Shown here in pieces: positions 60,738 through 64,000 of a stretch of DNA of 64,000 nucleotides. The notes beneath the pieces were generated by a model. The model made no database searches and was not told the origin of the DNA. It saw only the letters and a program-made list of their open reading frames with translations. Position numbers and translations under genes: made by a program. Source of the stretch: Acetobacteraceae bacterium (lineage in GTDB: Bacteria > Pseudomonadota > Alphaproteobacteria > Acetobacterales > Acetobacteraceae); the NCBI GenBank assembly GCA_965218045.1, contig CBDCJX010000007.1, positions 63,075-127,074 on the forward strand, read 5' to 3'. Within the stretch, counting starts at the first letter, position 1. The number at the start of each line of letters is the position of its first letter.

Positions 60738-62399
60738 TCAGTCCTTCCGAGCGTAGAGCCGGAAATTGTCCCACTCCGCCGCTAGCCGATAATGCGACCA
60801 CACTTCGGCGAACAGCGGATGTCGGCCGAAATACGCGATCAGGTCGAACTTGCCGCCACAATCGGGAATGCCCGGCAGCGTGTCCACCACCACGGCCGCG
60901 GGCGGCGCTCGCGCGAAATCCTCGGCGATGGTGTGATAGAAGAAGAACTCGGGCCTGGCCATCTCCCACACCTCGCGGTAGTGCCGTCCGTCTGGCAGAC
61001 AATCCCGATACGCACCCACCAACAGCCAGGTGTCCATCGTGCGTAGGGTGTTGTGCGTACCCGCGTAGCCGAGCGCGGGGTAGATAGGAAAAATCCCCGG
61101 CGAGAGCACCAGCACCCCCTCGCCGCGCGCTTCCCGTGCCACCGCCGACGCGAACCGGTCTATCCGGCTGCCGTGGAACATGATCTCCCGCCACGGCGCC
61201 TCGCCGCTGCAGATCGCGTAGAGGCTGAACAGCCCGGCCAGCACGGCGGCGGCCGGATGCGACGCGAAGCCGCTTCCGCGCAGCTTCGATATCGGCGTGG
61301 TGACGCTCCGGTGGTCGAGCGCGTTGGCCGCCAGCACCCCGGCAAGTCCACAGGTGAACAGCTCGATCGGCACGATGTGATACGACCAGCCCTTGTGCTG
61401 TGTTACCGCCGAGGCGAGCGCGCCCAACGCCGCGAGCCCCAGCACGCGCGGCAACGCTCGCGCCTCGGGCGCATCGAGTGGCGCCGGCGGGCGGCGACAA
61501 GCGATCCACAACAGCGGCAGCAGCAAGCAGAGCACGACGGTCAAACGCGGGACCAGCAGCACCTGCACGGCGGTCAGGCCGCCGAATCCGAGGTAGTAGT
61601 CCCAGATCAGCGGCACCACGAAGCCGAGATAGTCAGGAAACACCAGCGGCAGCGAGGCGAGATACAGCAGCCAGATCACGCCCATCAGCCACGGCACCGG
61701 GTCGCGTATCCAGCGTCCGACACCCACGCCGAGCGCGCCGAGCAGCGGCCCGCTCGGGATGCGACCGAACAGGACCGCAAGCTCGATCAGCCCCGGCACG
61801 GCGAGGAAATGCGGCTTCAGCGCGAACGCCACGCCGGCGACGAGCGCGATCGCGCAATCCCCGCGTGGCCGAGTGCCGACCATCCGACGCGCGGCACAGA
61901 TCGCATAGGGCAGGGCGCCCACCGCCATGAGATGTTCACGCTGGCCAAAATCGTAGCCGGCATCCAGCAGGAACAGCGCTGGCAGCACGTCAAGAAACGC
62001 CCGGCGGATCGGCCCCTCGCGGGCCCGGTCGCGCACGCGAAGGCTTAGCCACCAGCACAGCAGACCATACGACAGCAGGCAGAGACGCAACGCCAGATCG
62101 GCGTCGAGCGGGGTGACCTTCGCCAACCACGCCGGCACCAGGTTGAGAACGAAGATCAGCGGCGGATTGACGTCGATCAATTCGGAATAGAGGTGCTCGC
62201 CAGCCAGCCATCGCTGAGCGAATTCGAGCACCGCGGCAACGTCGTGGTTCAGCGGCGGACTGAGCACAACCGGCAGGAATAGCAGCGCCGGCAGCAATGC
62301 CCATGGTACCAGCGTTTTCTGGCGTGCCACTCGCCGCGCGCGTTTTCCCGAAATGGGCTCCATTGCCCCCGGCATCGGCTGAAAATCGGCCCTTGTCAT
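60738..62399 (-). CDS. polytopic membrane protein, putative GT-C fold glycosyltransferase (ArnT/PMT-like)
   Basis: 553 aa. About 12 hydrophobic segments in the N-terminal 380 aa, then a soluble C-terminal domain. It neighbours a GtrB/ArnC-like GT2 gene. No motif-level proof. Confidence 0.45.
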   Translation of the reverse strand: MTRADFQPMPGAMEPISGKRARRVARQKTLVPWALLPALLFLPVVLSPPLNHDVAAVLEFAQRWLAGEHLYSELIDVNPPLIFVLNLVPAWLAKVTPLDADLALRLCLLSYGLLCWWLSLRVRDRAREGPIRRAFLDVLPALFLLDAGYDFGQREHLMAVGALPYAICAARRMVGTRPRGDCAIALVAGVAFALKPHFLAVPGLIELAVLFGRIPSGPLLGALGVGVGRWIRDPVPWLMGVIWLLYLASLPLVFPDYLGFVVPLIWDYYLGFGGLTAVQVLLVPRLTVVLCLLLPLLWIACRRPPAPLDAPEARALPRVLGLAALGALASAVTQHKGWSYHIVPIELFTCGLAGVLAANALDHRSVTTPISKLRGSGFASHPAAAVLAGLFSLYAICSGEAPWREIMFHGSRIDRFASAVAREARGEGVLVLSPGIFPIYPALGYAGTHNTLRTMDTWLLVGAYRDCLPDGRHYREVWEMARPEFFFYHTIAEDFARAPPAAVVVDTLPGIPDCGGKFDLIAYFGRHPLFAEVWSHYRLAAEWDNFRLYARKD

Positions 62400-62484
62400 G
62401 TGGTCACTGTGAATGTCTGCCGATCATCGCCGGAAGCCATCACAGGCTTGCACAACGGTGTCAATATCCTGTTAAAGGCACGTA

Positions 62485-63198
62485 ATGGAGACAAGCGAGT
62501 ACGCTCTCATGGACGCGGCCGAGGCCCGCCTGTGGTGGTATCGAGCGTTGCATGCACGTCTGCTCGATGCGTTGCGCGGCGTCGTCGGTGCGGTGCTCGA
62601 CGCCGGGTGCGGCACCGGCGGACTGCTCCAGCGTCTTGCGGCGGGGCGCCCGGACTTGCGCCTCGCCGGCCTCGAATGGCATCGCGGCGCAGCCGCACGG
62701 GCGGCTCGCAAGTCGGGCGCCTCAGTCGCGGTTGGCAGCGTCAACGCCTTGCCGTTCGCCCCGGCGAGCTTCGCCGCCGTGCTGGCGGCCGATGTGCTGT
62801 GCCATCGCGCCGTGCAACCCGAGACCGCGCTCGCCGAGCTCTGGCGCGTTCTGCAACCGAACGGACTTCTGGTCATCAACATGCCAGCCTATGCGTGGCT
62901 GCTTTCGGAGCACGACCGCCGTGTACACAACGTGCGGCGCCAATCGGCAGGGCAGACGCGCGCAATGCTTGCCGCCGCGGGGTACAAGTCCGTCCACGTG
63001 CGTTACTGGAACGGGTTGCTGCTGCCGGTAATGATCGCGCAGCGGAAATTGCGCGCGCGCCATGATTCCGCCTCCGACGTGTCCCGGTTTCCGCCTTGGC
63101 TCAATGCGAGCTTCCATGCGGTCGCGCGGCTCGAGCGAGGCTTGCCGGTGCGACTGCCGGCGGGCGGCTCTGTGCTTGCCACGGCGCGACGCGCGTGA
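62485..63198 (+). CDS. class I SAM-dependent methyltransferase
   Basis: SAM motif I VLDAGCGTGGL. The post-I and motif II spacing (AVLAADVLCH) is typical of Methyltransf_11/23. Confidence 0.8.
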   Translation: METSEYALMDAAEARLWWYRALHARLLDALRGVVGAVLDAGCGTGGLLQRLAAGRPDLRLAGLEWHRGAAARAARKSGASVAVGSVNALPFAPASFAAVLAADVLCHRAVQPETALAELWRVLQPNGLLVINMPAYAWLLSEHDRRVHNVRRQSAGQTRAMLAAAGYKSVHVRYWNGLLLPVMIAQRKLRARHDSASDVSRFPPWLNASFHAVARLERGLPVRLPAGGSVLATARRA

Positions 63199-63215
63199 AC
63201 GGGGACAATCCGCTG

Positions 63216-64000
63216 ATGGATACGATGGCGACGGAGCCGATCATGAACGAGCGGGAGGCGGATCGCCGGGTCGGCTTGTCGATCGTCATCCCGGTGTTCA
63301 ATGGCGCCGCCTCGATCGGCCGCCTGGTGTCGGCGCTGAGCTCCCTGCATCCGGCGGGCGGGCTCGAGATCGTGCTGGTCAATGACGGCAGCCCGGACAA
63401 CTCGGCCGAAATCTGTCGCGAGCTGGTGCGCAACGCAATCGTGCCGATCACATATGTCGAGCACGCCAGAAATTTCGGTGAGCACAACGCGGTGATGACC
63501 GGCCTGCGTCACGCGTGTGGCAATTTCGTTATCACCATGGACGACGACCTGCAGAACCCGCCCGAGGAGGTCGTGCGGCTCTATGACCACGCCCGGCTCG
63601 GCGGCTGGGATGTGGTCTACACGCGTTACGCCAGGAAGCAGCATTCTCGTTGGCGGAACGCAGGTAGCCGGTTCGCCAACAAAGCGGCAGACTGGCTCAT
63701 TCAGAAGCCCAAAGGGCTGTATCTTTCATCTTTTCGTTGCATGTCGGCGCTAGTGGTGGGCGCCGTGACCCGGTACCGCGGGCCATACCCTTATGTGGAC
63801 GGGCTGATCTTGCAGGTAACCCGACGGATCGACAGCATCGAGGTGCGACATCTTCCCCGAGAGGAGGGACTATCGAACTACAATCTGCGCCGGCTGGTGC
63901 GGCTCTGGCTCAGTCTCGCGACCAGCTTCTCGCTGGCGCCGCTGCGTATCGCGACCCTCGCCGGCATTCTGCTGGCGCTGATCGGCGGCGGCGGCGCTGT
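63216..64000 (+). CDS. GT2 family glycosyltransferase, polyprenyl-phosphate sugar synthase type (ArnC/GtrB-like); 3'-truncated by the window end
   Basis: Not in the ORF track because no stop lies inside the window. My own translation from ATG 63216 gives LSIVIPVFNGAASIGRLV, VLVNDGSPDNS and ITMDDDLQNPPEE (DxD), then a C-terminal TM helix (IATLAGILLALIGGG). Confidence 0.8.
   Translation, partial: MDTMATEPIMNEREADRRVGLSIVIPVFNGAASIGRLVSALSSLHPAGGLEIVLVNDGSPDNSAEICRELVRNAIVPITYVEHARNFGEHNAVMTGLRHACGNFVITMDDDLQNPPEEVVRLYDHARLGGWDVVYTRYARKQHSRWRNAGSRFANKAADWLIQKPKGLYLSSFRCMSALVVGAVTRYRGPYPYVDGLILQVTRRIDSIEVRHLPREEGLSNYNLRRLVRLWLSLATSFSLAPLRIATLAGILLALIGGGGA

Noticed and set aside
1-64000. Searched by eye for CRISPR arrays, tRNA/rRNA genes, IS elements, integrases, phage or toxin-antitoxin/defence genes
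   Set aside because: None were found. The only repeats seen are the two short tandem duplications (18 bp and 17 bp). I cannot exclude dispersed low-copy repeats without a computational self-alignment.

Overview
High-GC, densely coding chromosomal segment whose gene content looks alphaproteobacterial (Rhizobiales- or Rhodospirillales-like). I support about 65 protein-coding genes. I found no rRNA or tRNA genes, no CRISPR array, and no transposase, integrase or phage genes. Because of the GC content almost every real gene is shadowed by long spurious ORFs in other frames, and I rejected these. Main blocks, in order: two SDR genes and a NIPSNAP gene (1-1.8 kb); pstSCAB-phoU-phoB with a Pho box (1.9-7.4 kb); an HU gene; a TAT-exported PaoABC-type molybdenum aldehyde oxidoreductase (8.1-11.9 kb); an orphan PEP-CTERM protein behind a sigma-54-like promoter; a tail-anchored PP2C phosphatase/Ser-Thr kinase fusion, divergent from the assimilatory nitrate operon narK-nasA-orfX-nirB-nirD-cysG (14.8-22.7 kb); an operon encoding an FAD oxidoreductase-SelD fusion and YaiI (DUF188); cdh; a structured 368-bp intergenic region (26.8-27.2 kb); a 13-kb catabolic island of acyl-CoA ligases, acyl-CoA dehydrogenases, amidohydrolases, TauD, LLM, VOC and cupin genes (29-42.4 kb); housekeeping and salvage genes (alkA, M20 peptidase, nucleoside hydrolase, yeiH); an orphan EF-G paralog; a redox and epoxide-hydrolase block; and a GT-C / methyltransferase / GT2 envelope glycosylation module that runs off the 3' end. 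The most interesting candidates are: (1) an unrecognised 116-codon gene tightly linked between nasA and nirB; (2) the bifunctional kinase/phosphatase divergent from narK; (3) the oxidoreductase-SelD fusion whose stop overlaps the start of the function-unknown YaiI gene, with no other selenium-utilisation genes in view; (4) the 26.8-27.2 kb intergenic locus, which combines a sigma-54-like promoter, a 17-nt perfect complement of the 16S rRNA 3' end, a 24-codon ORF and a perfect 17-bp tandem duplication; (5) two or three gene remnants that point to past rearrangement. I did not find a clear-cut novel multi-gene system such as a defence island. All functional calls rest on motif and family recognition by eye and need database confirmation.
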